Position numbers and translations under genes: made by a program. Below the pieces are notes generated by a model that saw nothing but the letters and a program-made list of their open reading frames with translations, was not told the origin of the DNA and searched no databases. From NCBI GenBank assembly GCA_963722255.1, contig CAVRJO010000002.1, forward strand, positions 640,001 through 704,000: a DNA stretch of 64,000 nucleotides. The letters are read 5' to 3'. How positions within the stretch are numbered: the first letter of the stretch is position 1; each line of letters starts with the position of its first letter. The DNA is from Candidatus Babeliales bacterium. GTDB lineage: Bacteria > Babelota > Babeliae > Babelales > JANWKD01. This document shows, one piece after another, positions 10,626-21,214 of the stretch.

Positions 10626-11236
10626 TTAATCTTTTTTACGCCCATCATATTCAGGCTTTACAACTCTTCCTGTTTCTTTTTGAACTAACTGATAATCATT
10701 GTGTCCTTGCCACAGAAGAACATACTCTTTCTTTCTTGGTAAGTAAGCAAAATTAAACCATAAATAAAAGCCATCTTCTTTTACTTTATCAATTGCAATT
10801 GTATCGCCACGACTACCAACTTTAAGAAATGGTGAATCTTCACGTCTAAGCCATAGCGTTTTTGCACAAATTTCCTCTCCTATACAATAAACGTTTTCAT
10901 AATCTAACGAAGTACATCGATTATTCGATCAGAAAAAGAGTTCTTGTAATTATCATTCTTTTTTTCCAAAGGAACTTTTATTGATTTATTTGTTTTGCAC
11001 TTTTGCCATGCATAATATAATCCAGCACCTAAGCTTGTACCTAATGCTAACGCCGTACAAAGATTACTTTTAAGGCTATAATTTTCGGCATAAATCTGAT
11101 GTGCTAAATGCGCAAAGCCAGCAACTCCTGCCACGAAGCTTAATGCACCTACTTCCAAAGAATCTTTCATAGACATTGCATGAATATAAGGAGACGCTAA
11201 AAGCATCGTCAAAAATATGATTTTTATTTTTTTCAC
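10626..11236 (-). pseudogene. Membrane/secreted protein, paralog of 12122-12652, apparently frameshifted near 10905-10930
   Basis: N-terminus nearly identical to 12122-12652; another frame continues RCTSLDYENV...QKETGRVVK...KKD to a stop at 10626. Confidence 0.6.
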
Positions 11237-11254
11237 AGAAATCCCTTGTAATAA

Positions 11255-11874
11255 ATTTCACCCGCAGCAAGCAGCGGGGTATTGAATTTTTTTAAGGATT
11301 TCTATCTACATGAAGAACATCTGACCCAGATCTCTTGGCGTACGAGTAGGGTCTTTTTTGTGCAACATCATGTAATCCCTTCCCTGGTTTTTTACGTATT
11401 CTGCCACTCGTTTTTCGCTTCCATGCTTACTTACCGTGTTTACGAAATATCCATCAGACCAAAATTCTCCACCCCATAGCTGCCTCTTTACTTCGGGAAC
11501 TTGTTTGAAAATTTCCCGCGCCGTTATACTTTTTATTTTTCTAACGATATTCGTAGGACTATACGTCGGTACGGACTGCACAAGAAAATGAACGTGATCC
11601 CCATCTGTTCCTATTTCTAGAAACTCTATCTGATAACGTTTTTCTATCTCAAGACACACCGACCTCAATACTTTGTCTACTTCCTCTGTAAAAACCGCTC
11701 GCCTATATTTTGCTGGACAAACTATATGATACATCAGAACCGATACATTATGACTTTTGTGTATAAACCTACTTAATTTACTCATTCTCCCAATTTATCA
11801 GGACTTTTTATTTATTCCATTTTTTTTATCTGACTACGCGGCAAGCCGCGGGGAATTGTACCCGTAGAGATTAA
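11255..11874 (-). mobile_element. IS200/IS605-family element (tnpA only), approximate ends
   Basis: Subterminal hairpins cccgcagcaagcagcggg (11261-11278) and cgcggcaagccgcg (11837-11850) flank tnpA. Confidence 0.85.
11306..11785 (-). CDS. tnpA: IS200/IS605 Y1 transposase
   Basis: YHIVCPAKYR, DHVH (HUH), FWSDGY, YVKNQ. Confidence 0.93.
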   Translation of the reverse strand: MSKLSRFIHKSHNVSVLMYHIVCPAKYRRAVFTEEVDKVLRSVCLEIEKRYQIEFLEIGTDGDHVHFLVQSVPTYSPTNIVRKIKSITAREIFKQVPEVKRQLWGGEFWSDGYFVNTVSKHGSEKRVAEYVKNQGRDYMMLHKKDPTRTPRDLGQMFFM

Positions 11875-11941
11875 AAAACACACTTTACTAAATAACTATA
11901 GTCATCGTAAGAAACTATTCGAAGGATTTCTTATTTTATTA

Positions 11942-12018
11942 CTGGATCCCCCAGCCGTCGCACAAGGCTATGGCGGCCAGTGCACGGAGCTACACTTCAT
12001 TCCGCTCCTCTGGATGAC
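11942..12018 (-). repeat. GC-rich REP/RPE-like palindromic element
   Basis: Minus strand GTCATCCAGAGG...GGGGATCCAG with internal stems; similar ends GTCATTCTGAGC...GGAATCCAG at 691-719. Confidence 0.5.
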
Positions 12019-12121
12019 ATCAAGCGGTTCACTCAATTATTTTTTCTTGTAGAAATCTAATTCCTTCTTTATAATTCAACTTTCTCTCTTATTACCTTAC
12101 CGGTACTTTTCTCAATAAGCT

Positions 12122-12652
12122 CTAAAATATCTTTTTTTCATTTAACCAAAAATACGTACCTTTTTTAAGGTCTGTAATATCATAGTTAACTTGATGTGTA
12201 GCATACTTTACATATAAAAATGTGCTCTCATCCTTCATACTGAGATTAAAATATGAACTATCTTTTGCATAAGCAAGTATTTTATATCCTGCATGAGATC
12301 GACTACAACCATGCTTTATCGATGCAGTATCCCTTGTTTCATTACACAAATCATCGATTATAAATTTTTTTTGCTTAACGACTGGTTTATTAGGTTTGAC
12401 AGCATTGCAAGATAAATTTCGCCAAGCAAGATACAGCCCAGTTGTTAAGCTTGTACCTAGCAGCAAAGAAGTAACTACATTATTTTTCAAACTATAATCG
12501 TGAGCATTTATTTGGTGAACCAACTGTACAACTCCAGCGACTCCTGTCACTAAGCTTAATGCGCCTACTGCCAATGAGTCTTTCATAGACATTGCATGAA
12601 TAGAAGGAGATGCTACAAGCATCGTCAAAAATATGATTTTTATTTTTTTCAT
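12122..12652 (-). CDS. Membrane/secreted hypothetical protein (paralog of 10626-11236)
   Basis: MKKIKIIFLTMLVASPSIHAMSMKDSL shared; two further hydrophobic helices. Confidence 0.7.
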   Translation of the reverse strand: MKKIKIIFLTMLVASPSIHAMSMKDSLAVGALSLVTGVAGVVQLVHQINAHDYSLKNNVVTSLLLGTSLTTGLYLAWRNLSCNAVKPNKPVVKQKKFIIDDLCNETRDTASIKHGCSRSHAGYKILAYAKDSSYFNLSMKDESTFLYVKYATHQVNYDITDLKKGTYFWLNEKKIF

Positions 12653-12686
12653 AGAAATCCCTTGTTAAAGAAACGGAATTAATTTT

Positions 12687-13112
12687 TTAGTCATGTCCGC
12701 CACAGCAACCTTCTTTTTTCTTAGCTTCATGTGCAGCCTTTTCAACCGCAGCTTTGACCTTTTCAGGCGTTGGTTGATACAAATCTAAAATATTATTGCC
12801 CGGATCTTTGAAGCTAATAATAAATCCATGTACCGCTTCTACCGGTTGCCCGATGAAAGGAATTGCATCTTTGTGTGCTTCATAAAAAGCTTTAAGATCA
12901 TCAACGCCAAAAACAATTCCTGTTCTGCGCTCAGGAAGTTCCTGCGCAGTTTCAGCTAGACCAAGTTTTACACCTTGCAAATCAAATTCTGCCCATTTGT
13001 GGGATATATGAAATTTTAAGGGCAAACCAAATTCTTGATAAAATGCCACAGCGCGAGAAAGATCATTCTGCATAAGAATAACCATATTTAGATTAATATT
13101 TTCTTGGGTCAT
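12687..13112 (-). CDS. VOC/glyoxalase-family protein
   Basis: DLSRAVAFY, WAEF, FKDPGNNILDL. Confidence 0.85.
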   Translation of the reverse strand: MTQENINLNMVILMQNDLSRAVAFYQEFGLPLKFHISHKWAEFDLQGVKLGLAETAQELPERRTGIVFGVDDLKAFYEAHKDAIPFIGQPVEAVHGFIISFKDPGNNILDLYQPTPEKVKAAVEKAAHEAKKKEGCCGGHD

Positions 13113-13194
13113 TAAATTTTTCCTTGAGTTTACTGATATGTGCTAGTATATTTTTAATAATACTAAATTATTTAAAAATGTAAAAAAAGTAGTT

Positions 13195-13854
13195 ATGAAT
13201 CAAATAAAAATCTTTCCTTCACTCATCTCTTCAAACATCTTGAATCTTGAAAAAACAGTCATAGAATTAGGCCCATTTTGCGATGGCTTTCACATCGATA
13301 TCATGGATAACCATTTTGTACCAAATTTAACATGGGGGCCTCCTATAGTAAATCAGATTGCAGCGCGAACTGATAAACCACTTTCAGTGCATCTCATGGT
13401 AGAAAAACCGGAAACAATTATTAATCAACTTAGATTAAAAGAAAAAAGCAGTATCTCTATTCATATTGAGAATGAAAATATTGATAAGCTCATTAGACTA
13501 ATACAGGAAAAAAAGCAACGCGCAAGCATTGCAATAAAACCGGAAACTCCGCTCGAAAAACTTTATCCATTTTTAAAAACAATTGAGCAGGTATTGCTCA
13601 TGTCAGTCGAACCGGGATTTTCCGGGCAAAAATTTTTGCCAAATTCTATTCAGCGCTTAAAAGAACTTATTGCCTATAGAAAAACTAATGATCTTACTTT
13701 TGAAATAGCCATGGATGGCGGCATCAATGAACACAATATTCACCAACTTTTTCTAGAAGGTTGTACGTCATTTTGCATTGCTTCAGCGATTTTTTCATCA
13801 TCACATGCGATTAATGCCATAAAAGACCTGTATACTAAAGCTCTAGAAGGGTAG
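13195..13854 (+). CDS. rpe: Ribulose-phosphate 3-epimerase
   Basis: HIDIMDNHFVPN, VHLMV, MSVEPGFSGQKF, DGGIN. Confidence 0.95.
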   Translation: MNQIKIFPSLISSNILNLEKTVIELGPFCDGFHIDIMDNHFVPNLTWGPPIVNQIAARTDKPLSVHLMVEKPETIINQLRLKEKSSISIHIENENIDKLIRLIQEKKQRASIAIKPETPLEKLYPFLKTIEQVLLMSVEPGFSGQKFLPNSIQRLKELIAYRKTNDLTFEIAMDGGINEHNIHQLFLEGCTSFCIASAIFSSSHAINAIKDLYTKALEG

Positions 13855-15243
13855 TTTCTCAAGTTCTGCACCGTAGCTTTTTAATAATGTAATAATATCG
13901 GGTGCAGTTGCATATGCCAAAGGTGGATAACCATCAAGATCTCTTGTATTAACAAACAGTTGAACCGGCCTTGAATCTTTTCCAAATAATCCCACAATTG
14001 TATCAATCAAGGTGCTAATAATTTCTGAAAAAATTCTTTTGTCCAAACTAAAATTAACAGCGGCTAATAGTGGTGTAAAACCTTTGCTATACGTACGAAT
14101 ATTTAAAAGTATATACAAAAAATATTTACTTGGAGCATAATTTTTCATAGTTCTAATTATAAGATGAGAAATATCAAACTTTCTTTGCAAAAGTGAAATT
14201 ATCAATGCACCTCGCCCATCTTGAGCAACATTTCTCAAAATAGAATAAAAAGCCTCTTCATCATCTGCAAAAAAGGTTTCAACAATATGAAGCAAAAATG
14301 CAGTATATTCATAACTTAGTGCAACAGCATGCATCAAAGGATCCCATCCTGCCGGTGAACGCGTCATCATAACTTCCAAAAAGAGCCTTGGCGTTTTTTT
14401 ATATTTTTTTTGAGTTTCAAAAATAATTTTTTGTACAACATTGAATTTATCATCACGAATTGCCTCTATAAGCTCAAGTCCTGTTTTACGCGCTTCTACA
14501 ATTTCCGGTTTAATTTCATGTAAGGTAATACCCCCATACTGTTTGAGAAATTGACGATGACGCGCATTAAAATAAGTATTATCATAAGGAGTTCTACCCG
14601 CAAGACTTACTGCATTAATAAAAGATTCATACTCTTCAGAATTCTTGCCTAAAATTCTTTCAGCAACAATTACCACAGCTTCCAAATTGAGCATTGATCC
14701 TTGAAAAGCTAACCAATGCAATATAGTCCAACCATCTTCATAGGCAGTAGCATTTAAAAAATCAAGGAACAGCTTTTTTTCAGAGCCTAATAATCTAATA
14801 ACATGATAAAGCATTAAATCTATCTGTTCGCGGGTACCATTTTGTGCCAACAAATAAAAAGCGGTGTGGCCTTGGAGGCATTGTGCATTAAGAAAATTAA
14901 ATACATCAAGAATACCATCATCTTGTGTGTCATAATATTTTTCAACTTTTTCTAAAATAAAAATTACCTGATCAATATCTGTCAAAGCAGCGGCTCTCAA
15001 CAGACTTGTACATCCATAGCCATCCCTGACATCCAAAAATTCATAGAAGGCATTCTTATTGTTTTTAAATTTTTGTAAAGCACTATTCATAATTGATTTG
15101 AATTCTGATTGGTCTATTAAATTTTGAGCTTTTAAAAACTGTTTCCCCATTTCTAGAGCTTGAGGGAGTGAGCTTCCAGTCATGCCCTTGCATAAGAAAC
15201 TAGTTACTAAAAAAAATATCAAAACCAAATATAATTTTTTCAT
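13843..15243 (-). CDS. Secreted ankyrin-repeat protein
   Basis: Repeated G-x-T/D-P/A-L units (GCTSLLRAA, GWTILHWLA, GFTPLLAAV, GYPPLAYA); ends LLKSYGA. Confidence 0.8.
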   Translation of the reverse strand: MKKLYLVLIFFLVTSFLCKGMTGSSLPQALEMGKQFLKAQNLIDQSEFKSIMNSALQKFKNNKNAFYEFLDVRDGYGCTSLLRAAALTDIDQVIFILEKVEKYYDTQDDGILDVFNFLNAQCLQGHTAFYLLAQNGTREQIDLMLYHVIRLLGSEKKLFLDFLNATAYEDGWTILHWLAFQGSMLNLEAVVIVAERILGKNSEEYESFINAVSLAGRTPYDNTYFNARHRQFLKQYGGITLHEIKPEIVEARKTGLELIEAIRDDKFNVVQKIIFETQKKYKKTPRLFLEVMMTRSPAGWDPLMHAVALSYEYTAFLLHIVETFFADDEEAFYSILRNVAQDGRGALIISLLQRKFDISHLIIRTMKNYAPSKYFLYILLNIRTYSKGFTPLLAAVNFSLDKRIFSEIISTLIDTIVGLFGKDSRPVQLFVNTRDLDGYPPLAYATAPDIITLLKSYGAELEKLPF

Positions 15244-15403
15244 AGCATACTACCTTTTTTGTAACTAAAGACTAAGAGCGCTATTTCTCCTAAAACAGTA
15301 TCATACTCATTTTTCGGTTTGCAATAGTATAGCATTGACTTACTTCTAAACTATTTTTTAAATTTAAAGCTGGTTTTCTATAACCATTTACCTAAGGATA
15401 AAT

Positions 15404-16954
15404 ATGTTAAGAAGAATATCAAAAAATATATTGTTTACTTTGATAACTACTTTTTTAATCAATCACATGAATTTGAGTTGTACCAGTTCTCTACCTATAA
15501 ATTCATCGTTCAATAAAGCTGCGCGTCCAGATGCGCCCGGGAACCAGGATGGATCGGTTGTTGGTTCAATAGTATGTGATAACCAAGAATTGCGTGAATT
15601 AGTCCAATCAGTTGGTCAATCTTTTGATACATGCTGCAATACGTTACAACAGGATTTTACACATACTTTTTCATTGCTACAAGAAATTATTCAAGATTTA
15701 GGTGCTAAGGTAACAACACCTTGCGTCATCGTTCCCGTATCTCAAGCTCTCATTGACGCAAACGGCGGCACCTTAGTTATAAATACTCCAGGAAACTATA
15801 TTTTTACAGAAAATATTTCAACAGCGGCCAATACTGCAATAATCATAAACTCAAATGCTGTTACTATCGATTTTTGCAATAGAACCTTATTTGGTATAGG
15901 TCCTAATGCTATTACCGGAATACAAATCAATCCAGGTTTTTCAAATATTTTGATAGAATATGGTGAAATCAATCAATTTTCAAGTTATGGAATCCATGTA
16001 TTAAATGGGGTCTTCAATCTTACTATGCGCTATGTTTCTGTTTATAATTGTGCACGGGCTGGTATCTTTTTAGATGGATTGGGTAGTGGCTCGACAACAA
16101 TTACCAACTCATTTATTCAAGATTGCAGAGCTTCTTTTTGTGCTACTGCCGGTGGAGGCAATGCATTAGGAGGCCTGAGCCTTCTTAATTGCAATAATGT
16201 TATTGTAAATGGAGGCATGTATAACCAAAATGGTTCAGTATTAGCAACTGAATCTACTGGCGTCTTAGTTAATCAAAGTATTAATTGCAGATTAACCGGT
16301 GTTTTTATGGATAATAACACGGGCATTGCCGTTCATGGAATGCATATTCTTTCAAGCACTGGCAATATCATAAGCTCTTGTATTGCAAATGATAACATTG
16401 GAACTGCCACTGTTATCGGTCTTTTTGCAAATGGAGGAATGAATAATAGCTTTATGAACTGTACATCATCACGAAATACTGCTCCCATTGCTTATGGATA
16501 TAGTTTAGGAGCTGGTGAAATTTCTTCGCTGTTATGTAGATGTATAGCTGAAAATACTATTGGAACTCTCCCTTCATCTCCACCAAATGGAATTTATGGT
16601 GCTGGAATTGCTATTGATGGTGCCAATGGAGCATCATTCAATGAAGTTATGAGCAATTTAGTTATTAAAAATAATCAATCTGGTATTTTTGACAGTGCTC
16701 TTACTTTTAATGCACTTCCTATAGTTATCGCTGGCGCGAGTACAACTCTTGTCAATGGTAACAAGGCCGTTGATAATGGATTAGCTGGACCTGCATTCAG
16801 CACTACAACACCATTTAGAAATTATACTATTGCCTATACAACAGGCACACCAGTTGAAACAGTTATGTTTCGCTATTCTACGGGCGCAGCTCCAGTTGTA
16901 TCTTCTGCAGGAGATACTATGATCGCTAATATTGATGCTCGAAATGGTGCTTAA
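15404..16954 (+). CDS. Secreted right-handed parallel beta-helix protein
   Basis: INTPGNYIFTENI cap; repeated G-I-x-L...N-x-I-x-x-C-x-A-x-x-N units. Confidence 0.75.
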   Translation: MLRRISKNILFTLITTFLINHMNLSCTSSLPINSSFNKAARPDAPGNQDGSVVGSIVCDNQELRELVQSVGQSFDTCCNTLQQDFTHTFSLLQEIIQDLGAKVTTPCVIVPVSQALIDANGGTLVINTPGNYIFTENISTAANTAIIINSNAVTIDFCNRTLFGIGPNAITGIQINPGFSNILIEYGEINQFSSYGIHVLNGVFNLTMRYVSVYNCARAGIFLDGLGSGSTTITNSFIQDCRASFCATAGGGNALGGLSLLNCNNVIVNGGMYNQNGSVLATESTGVLVNQSINCRLTGVFMDNNTGIAVHGMHILSSTGNIISSCIANDNIGTATVIGLFANGGMNNSFMNCTSSRNTAPIAYGYSLGAGEISSLLCRCIAENTIGTLPSSPPNGIYGAGIAIDGANGASFNEVMSNLVIKNNQSGIFDSALTFNALPIVIAGASTTLVNGNKAVDNGLAGPAFSTTTPFRNYTIAYTTGTPVETVMFRYSTGAAPVVSSAGDTMIANIDARNGA

Positions 16955-16969
16955 CAAAAATAAAAATAT

Positions 16970-17650
16970 CTATTTATTTTTTTTTGTTACAATCACAGCA
17001 TACAAAGAACCAAAGGGAATATATTTCAAAATCGATTCCATGGTATAAGAGATATTTGGATACAAATATAAACCTTTACTAGTACAAGAATTGAATGTAA
17101 AAAGGCTCTTTACATAGTTCAAACTGAGCATAACGGCTTCTTTGTCATGTTCAGCATAAAATGTTTTTCTTGCTGACCAATTATAAGGATTTGTTTCAAA
17201 AATAACGAGCACTCCTCCTGGTTTTAGCACACGTACTAGTTCGCAAGCAAAATGATTTCGTTCATCTTCTTTAATATGATGAAAAACATTGACACTATAG
17301 AGTATATTAACTGAACAATCATCAAAAGGTAGCAGATCTCTTATTAAAGGCATAAACGATATTTCAGGATACTGTTCAATATTTTTTTTCAATTGATCAT
17401 AATCAGTATCAACCCCTATAATATGCGCCTCATGAAATGATTTTTGTATATAATTTGTCAAAAAAGCATCACCACATCCAAAATCAAGGAGCGTAATTTT
17501 TTCATTAACTAGATGAAAAAACCAACGACTCAACGTATCATTGAGATACGCATAAAGTTCAGCATGAGGATGATCATTCATACTATTCATAAGAGATGTT
17601 CCAAGTATCAAGATTATTAAGAGCAGTAATCGTATCACATTGTGTTTCAT
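16970..17650 (-). CDS. Class I SAM-dependent methyltransferase with signal-like N-terminus
   Basis: LLDFGCGD, LPFDD, VFHH, RVLKPGG. Confidence 0.85.
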   Translation of the reverse strand: MKHNVIRLLLLIILILGTSLMNSMNDHPHAELYAYLNDTLSRWFFHLVNEKITLLDFGCGDAFLTNYIQKSFHEAHIIGVDTDYDQLKKNIEQYPEISFMPLIRDLLPFDDCSVNILYSVNVFHHIKEDERNHFACELVRVLKPGGVLVIFETNPYNWSARKTFYAEHDKEAVMLSLNYVKSLFTFNSCTSKGLYLYPNISYTMESILKYIPFGSLYAVIVTKKNK

Positions 17651-17654
17651 GTTA

Positions 17655-18620
17655 TTACAACTTTAGTAATAATGCATGCAATAATTCATTTCCAAAAACA
17701 ACACGATAAATACCTTCAAAAAGAGGCAAATTCAGATTCTTTTTTTGTATAAGCTCATGAATCGAAGTAAGTGTATTAACTCCCTCAGGAATCATTCCAG
17801 TTTCTTGTAAAATTGAATCTAATGATTTTCCTTGCCCAAGCATATGCCCAACCTTTACATTTCTGCTTTGATTGCTGAGCGATGTTAAAATCAAATCTCC
17901 AACGCCGGCAAGGCCATACACCGTTTCCGATTGGCCACCGCATGCGGTTACAATGCCCGCCATCTCATACAATCCTGTAGTAAGTACAAAGGCTTTGGTA
18001 TTATCACCATACCCTGCCCCTGAAAGTATTCCAATGAACAATGCAATAACATTTTTTAAAGCTCCACAAAGCTGTACACCTAAAGGATCTGATGAAAGTG
18101 TCGATTTAAAGTAGTCATTGGTAAGCAATGATTGTAAAGAAGTCGCCAACTTCTCATCATTAGATGCTAACGTAACCGCGGTAATATGTTTTTGCGCTAA
18201 ATCATGCGCAAAACTAGGACCAAAGAAAACAACCTTGGGAACTTCAACTTCCAATACAGAATCGATCATTTGACCAGGCAGCATAAGAGTACTATTTTCA
18301 ATACCTTTGCTTAATACTACCCAGGGTTTTTTACCACAAACTTGAGGATCTATAGTTAAAAGAACTGAGCGTAAATAGGTGATAGGTGTTGATTCAAAAA
18401 TCCATGAGCTTTGGCTTATTGCCTCATTAAGGTCTAGAACAGGAGCGATAGCGTTTGAAAGCTTAATGCCAGGCAAATATCGTTCATTAACTCCCTTTTT
18501 CTCAATGCTTTCTTTTACTTTTTCATCATGACACCACAAGAATACCGTATGACCGTTCTGTGCTAATAATGTTGAAACAGCGGTTCCCCAAGCCCCTTCG
18601 CCAATAACGGTGATATTCAT
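17655..18620 (-). CDS. gpsA: NAD(P)H glycerol-3-phosphate dehydrogenase
   Basis: GEGAWGTA, SKGIE, GPSFA, GALKNVIA, GDLILT, SRN. Confidence 0.95.
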   Translation of the reverse strand: MNITVIGEGAWGTAVSTLLAQNGHTVFLWCHDEKVKESIEKKGVNERYLPGIKLSNAIAPVLDLNEAISQSSWIFESTPITYLRSVLLTIDPQVCGKKPWVVLSKGIENSTLMLPGQMIDSVLEVEVPKVVFFGPSFAHDLAQKHITAVTLASNDEKLATSLQSLLTNDYFKSTLSSDPLGVQLCGALKNVIALFIGILSGAGYGDNTKAFVLTTGLYEMAGIVTACGGQSETVYGLAGVGDLILTSLSNQSRNVKVGHMLGQGKSLDSILQETGMIPEGVNTLTSIHELIQKKNLNLPLFEGIYRVVFGNELLHALLLKL

Positions 18621-19318
18621 TGACCAAAGTTCCTTTGCGTCGCAATATAACTCTGCACTGCAGTATGCATATGTTCTTGGGTAATATCAGGCCACAAACA
18701 ATCTAAAAAATAAAATTCACTATAGGCTGCTTGATATAAGAGGAAATTACTCAATCGCTTTACACCGCTTGTGCGAATAATGAGTTCAGGTTCTGGAATA
18801 TCACCGGTCCACAAATACTGTTTAAAAAATTCATCATTAAGATCTTCAAGGAGAACTGCACCAACTTTTATCTGTTCATAAAGCTTTTTGATTCCGCCAA
18901 TAATCTCTTGACGAGCTCCATAACAAAAAAGGAAATTAAGATTTAAATTAACGCAAGAAGAGGTTGCTTGCTCAAGCATACTCACCGTTGAAACAATTGA
19001 AGCAGGAAAAAGATCTCTATCACCAACAAAACGAACACGAACCCCATGCTCTAAAAAAAGAGCCAGCTTATTTTGAGCTTCATTAAGAAGAAGATTGAAT
19101 AAATAGTTCACTTCTTCGGTAGATCGATTAAAATTTTCAAGGGAAAAAGTATATAATGAAACATAGAGTATCTTACTTTTCAGACAAAAATCTATCACAT
19201 TTTTAAGCGCCTCTGCTCCCTTTTTATGCCCAAGAAATAGTTGCAAGCCTTGTTTTTTTGCCCAACGACGATTCCCATCCATTATAAAAGCAATGTGCTG
19301 AATCATACCGCGCTCCAT
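18617..19318 (-). CDS. uppS: Undecaprenyl diphosphate synthase
   Basis: HIAFIMDGNRRWA, FSLENF, IRTSG..RLSNFLL. Confidence 0.95.
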   Translation of the reverse strand: MERGMIQHIAFIMDGNRRWAKKQGLQLFLGHKKGAEALKNVIDFCLKSKILYVSLYTFSLENFNRSTEEVNYLFNLLLNEAQNKLALFLEHGVRVRFVGDRDLFPASIVSTVSMLEQATSSCVNLNLNFLFCYGARQEIIGGIKKLYEQIKVGAVLLEDLNDEFFKQYLWTGDIPEPELIIRTSGVKRLSNFLLYQAAYSEFYFLDCLWPDITQEHMHTAVQSYIATQRNFGQ

Positions 19319-19329
19319 CCTTAATCAAG

Positions 19330-20031
19330 TTATATTTTTTTTGTAATGCCAACGACGCTCATTAAAGTTTCTTTATGAGCTTGCCACATCTGCATAACCC
19401 AGTTTGAACCATAAAATATAAGCGTCATTCCTGAGGCAAATAATAATCGCTCAACAATCACAATAGGCATAAGACCTAACCAATACTCTGCAGGCATTGG
19501 GGTATAATAAAGCATGACTACTGACCCAACACCGTGCGCCAGAAAAGTAGTGCCCAGAGCTTCAGTAAATGCCATTTGTACAGGTAAAAAGTGTATTACC
19601 ACCGGAATCAACCAATACCAAGAATAGAAAAATGCCTCACGGCCCACCGGGTGTACTATAAAAAGCAGCATACAAAGCAATGGAAGGCACAACCTGATCA
19701 ACTTATTAGAACTAAACCAATAACCAGATGCAATTACAATGGGTATGTGATATACTAAAGGATTGAAAAAGCCATTTCCAGAACTATATGCTAAAGTTAG
19801 GATCTTGGATTTACTAGAAAAGCTCCTTTTGAGCATCATAAGAATAGATGTACTAAGACCACCATAATGACCTAATAACGGCCCTGTAATATTTATCGCA
19901 GAGAAAAATAATCGTTTTGAGCCTACAATAAAGCTAAATTTAATAAAGGAAGACAGCTCAAGAATCACGTACGAAGCTACAGTTTTTATCAACAGTAACA
20001 GATAATTATGAACCATAAAAGATATCCCCAT
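19330..20031 (-). CDS. Polytopic membrane protein (possibly ECF S-component-like)
   Basis: Multiple hydrophobic helices; family assignment tentative. Confidence 0.55.
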   Translation of the reverse strand: MGISFMVHNYLLLLIKTVASYVILELSSFIKFSFIVGSKRLFFSAINITGPLLGHYGGLSTSILMMLKRSFSSKSKILTLAYSSGNGFFNPLVYHIPIVIASGYWFSSNKLIRLCLPLLCMLLFIVHPVGREAFFYSWYWLIPVVIHFLPVQMAFTEALGTTFLAHGVGSVVMLYYTPMPAEYWLGLMPIVIVERLLFASGMTLIFYGSNWVMQMWQAHKETLMSVVGITKKI

Positions 20032-20115
20032 GACAAAAATGAAAAACTACACCGCACCTTTATACTATATCATCAATGAACATCCTGAACAACTAGCAAA
20101 GAAAGGAAAAATACA

Positions 20116-20787
20116 ATGAACTACAAAGCAATAATTTTCGATATGGATGGAACGATAATCGATACTGAACATATCTGGCTGCAGGCTACACAAGACCTTA
20201 TAACATCACGAGGAGTTGATTACAAATCCGGTGACCAATGCCCTTTAACAAAACAGTTACGAGGATTAGCATTATATGAAAGTTGCCAAATCATAAAAGA
20301 TACTTTTGCGTTTAAAGATTCTGTGACCGACTTGGTCCAAGAAAAATCAAAGAATGCAATAAGTCTTTATCAGAAAAGCGTAAAATTTATAGATGGATTT
20401 CTTGATTTTCATCAACGAGTTATTCAAAAGAATTTAAAAAATGGGATCGCTACTAATGCCGATGATGCAACGGTTGCCATAACAAATAAAAGCCTTAATT
20501 TGGAAAAATTATTTGGGCAACATATTTATGGTATCTCAAAAGTTAACAATCTTTGTAAACCTAATCCTGCTATTTATTTATATGCTGCTTGCCAATTAGG
20601 TATTGATCCTGAAGATTGTATCGCTATTGAAGATTCTGAACATGGTATACGAGCAGCAAAGAGCGCTGGCATGTTCTGCATTGGAATAAATTCAAGCAAT
20701 AATCGCAACTACATAAAAGAATCAGATTACATCATCGACACGTATCAAGAATTGGATTTAGAAAAGATTCTTACTAAAAAACATTAG
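20116..20787 (+). CDS. HAD-family phosphatase
   Basis: FDMDGT, KPNP, IEDS. Confidence 0.9.
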   Translation: MNYKAIIFDMDGTIIDTEHIWLQATQDLITSRGVDYKSGDQCPLTKQLRGLALYESCQIIKDTFAFKDSVTDLVQEKSKNAISLYQKSVKFIDGFLDFHQRVIQKNLKNGIATNADDATVAITNKSLNLEKLFGQHIYGISKVNNLCKPNPAIYLYAACQLGIDPEDCIAIEDSEHGIRAAKSAGMFCIGINSSNNRNYIKESDYIIDTYQELDLEKILTKKH

Positions 20788-20824
20788 TAACAACCACTAT
20801 AAACTATTCTTATAGAACTATTTT

Positions 20825-21214
20825 TTATAGTTTAAAACTTATATACAAAAGAAGTATATTGAGTAGATACATCGTTGTACACAAGAGACAAAATGTTCTA
20901 AGTTTATAATAAAGAATATAAGCATAGATACATGAGCCAATAAATCCAACGCAAGAAAAAAGCATAAGTACTAATTTTGCATCAAGAAGTGCAGCAAGTG
21001 CAATTAAAGCATAAAAGCCCATCGCTAATGCTGCATTAGAAAAATAAAAAAGCGAAGCATACTTACTTTTCATGGGCTTCGTACACGAAACCATATCAGA
21101 AAGATCACACACAGGTTTATAAGAAGGGTTTATTTTAATTTTTTGTTCTAATCTATAGGTATATGCAGCAATTGAAAACCCAATAAGTGCGATCAGAAAT
21201 ATAGAAATTATCAT
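20825..21214 (-). CDS. Vitamin K epoxide reductase (VKOR) family protein
   Basis: CDLSDMVSC, SKYA, CLLC active site. Confidence 0.85.
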   Translation of the reverse strand: MIISIFLIALIGFSIAAYTYRLEQKIKINPSYKPVCDLSDMVSCTKPMKSKYASLFYFSNAALAMGFYALIALAALLDAKLVLMLFSCVGFIGSCIYAYILYYKLRTFCLLCTTMYLLNILLLYISFKL

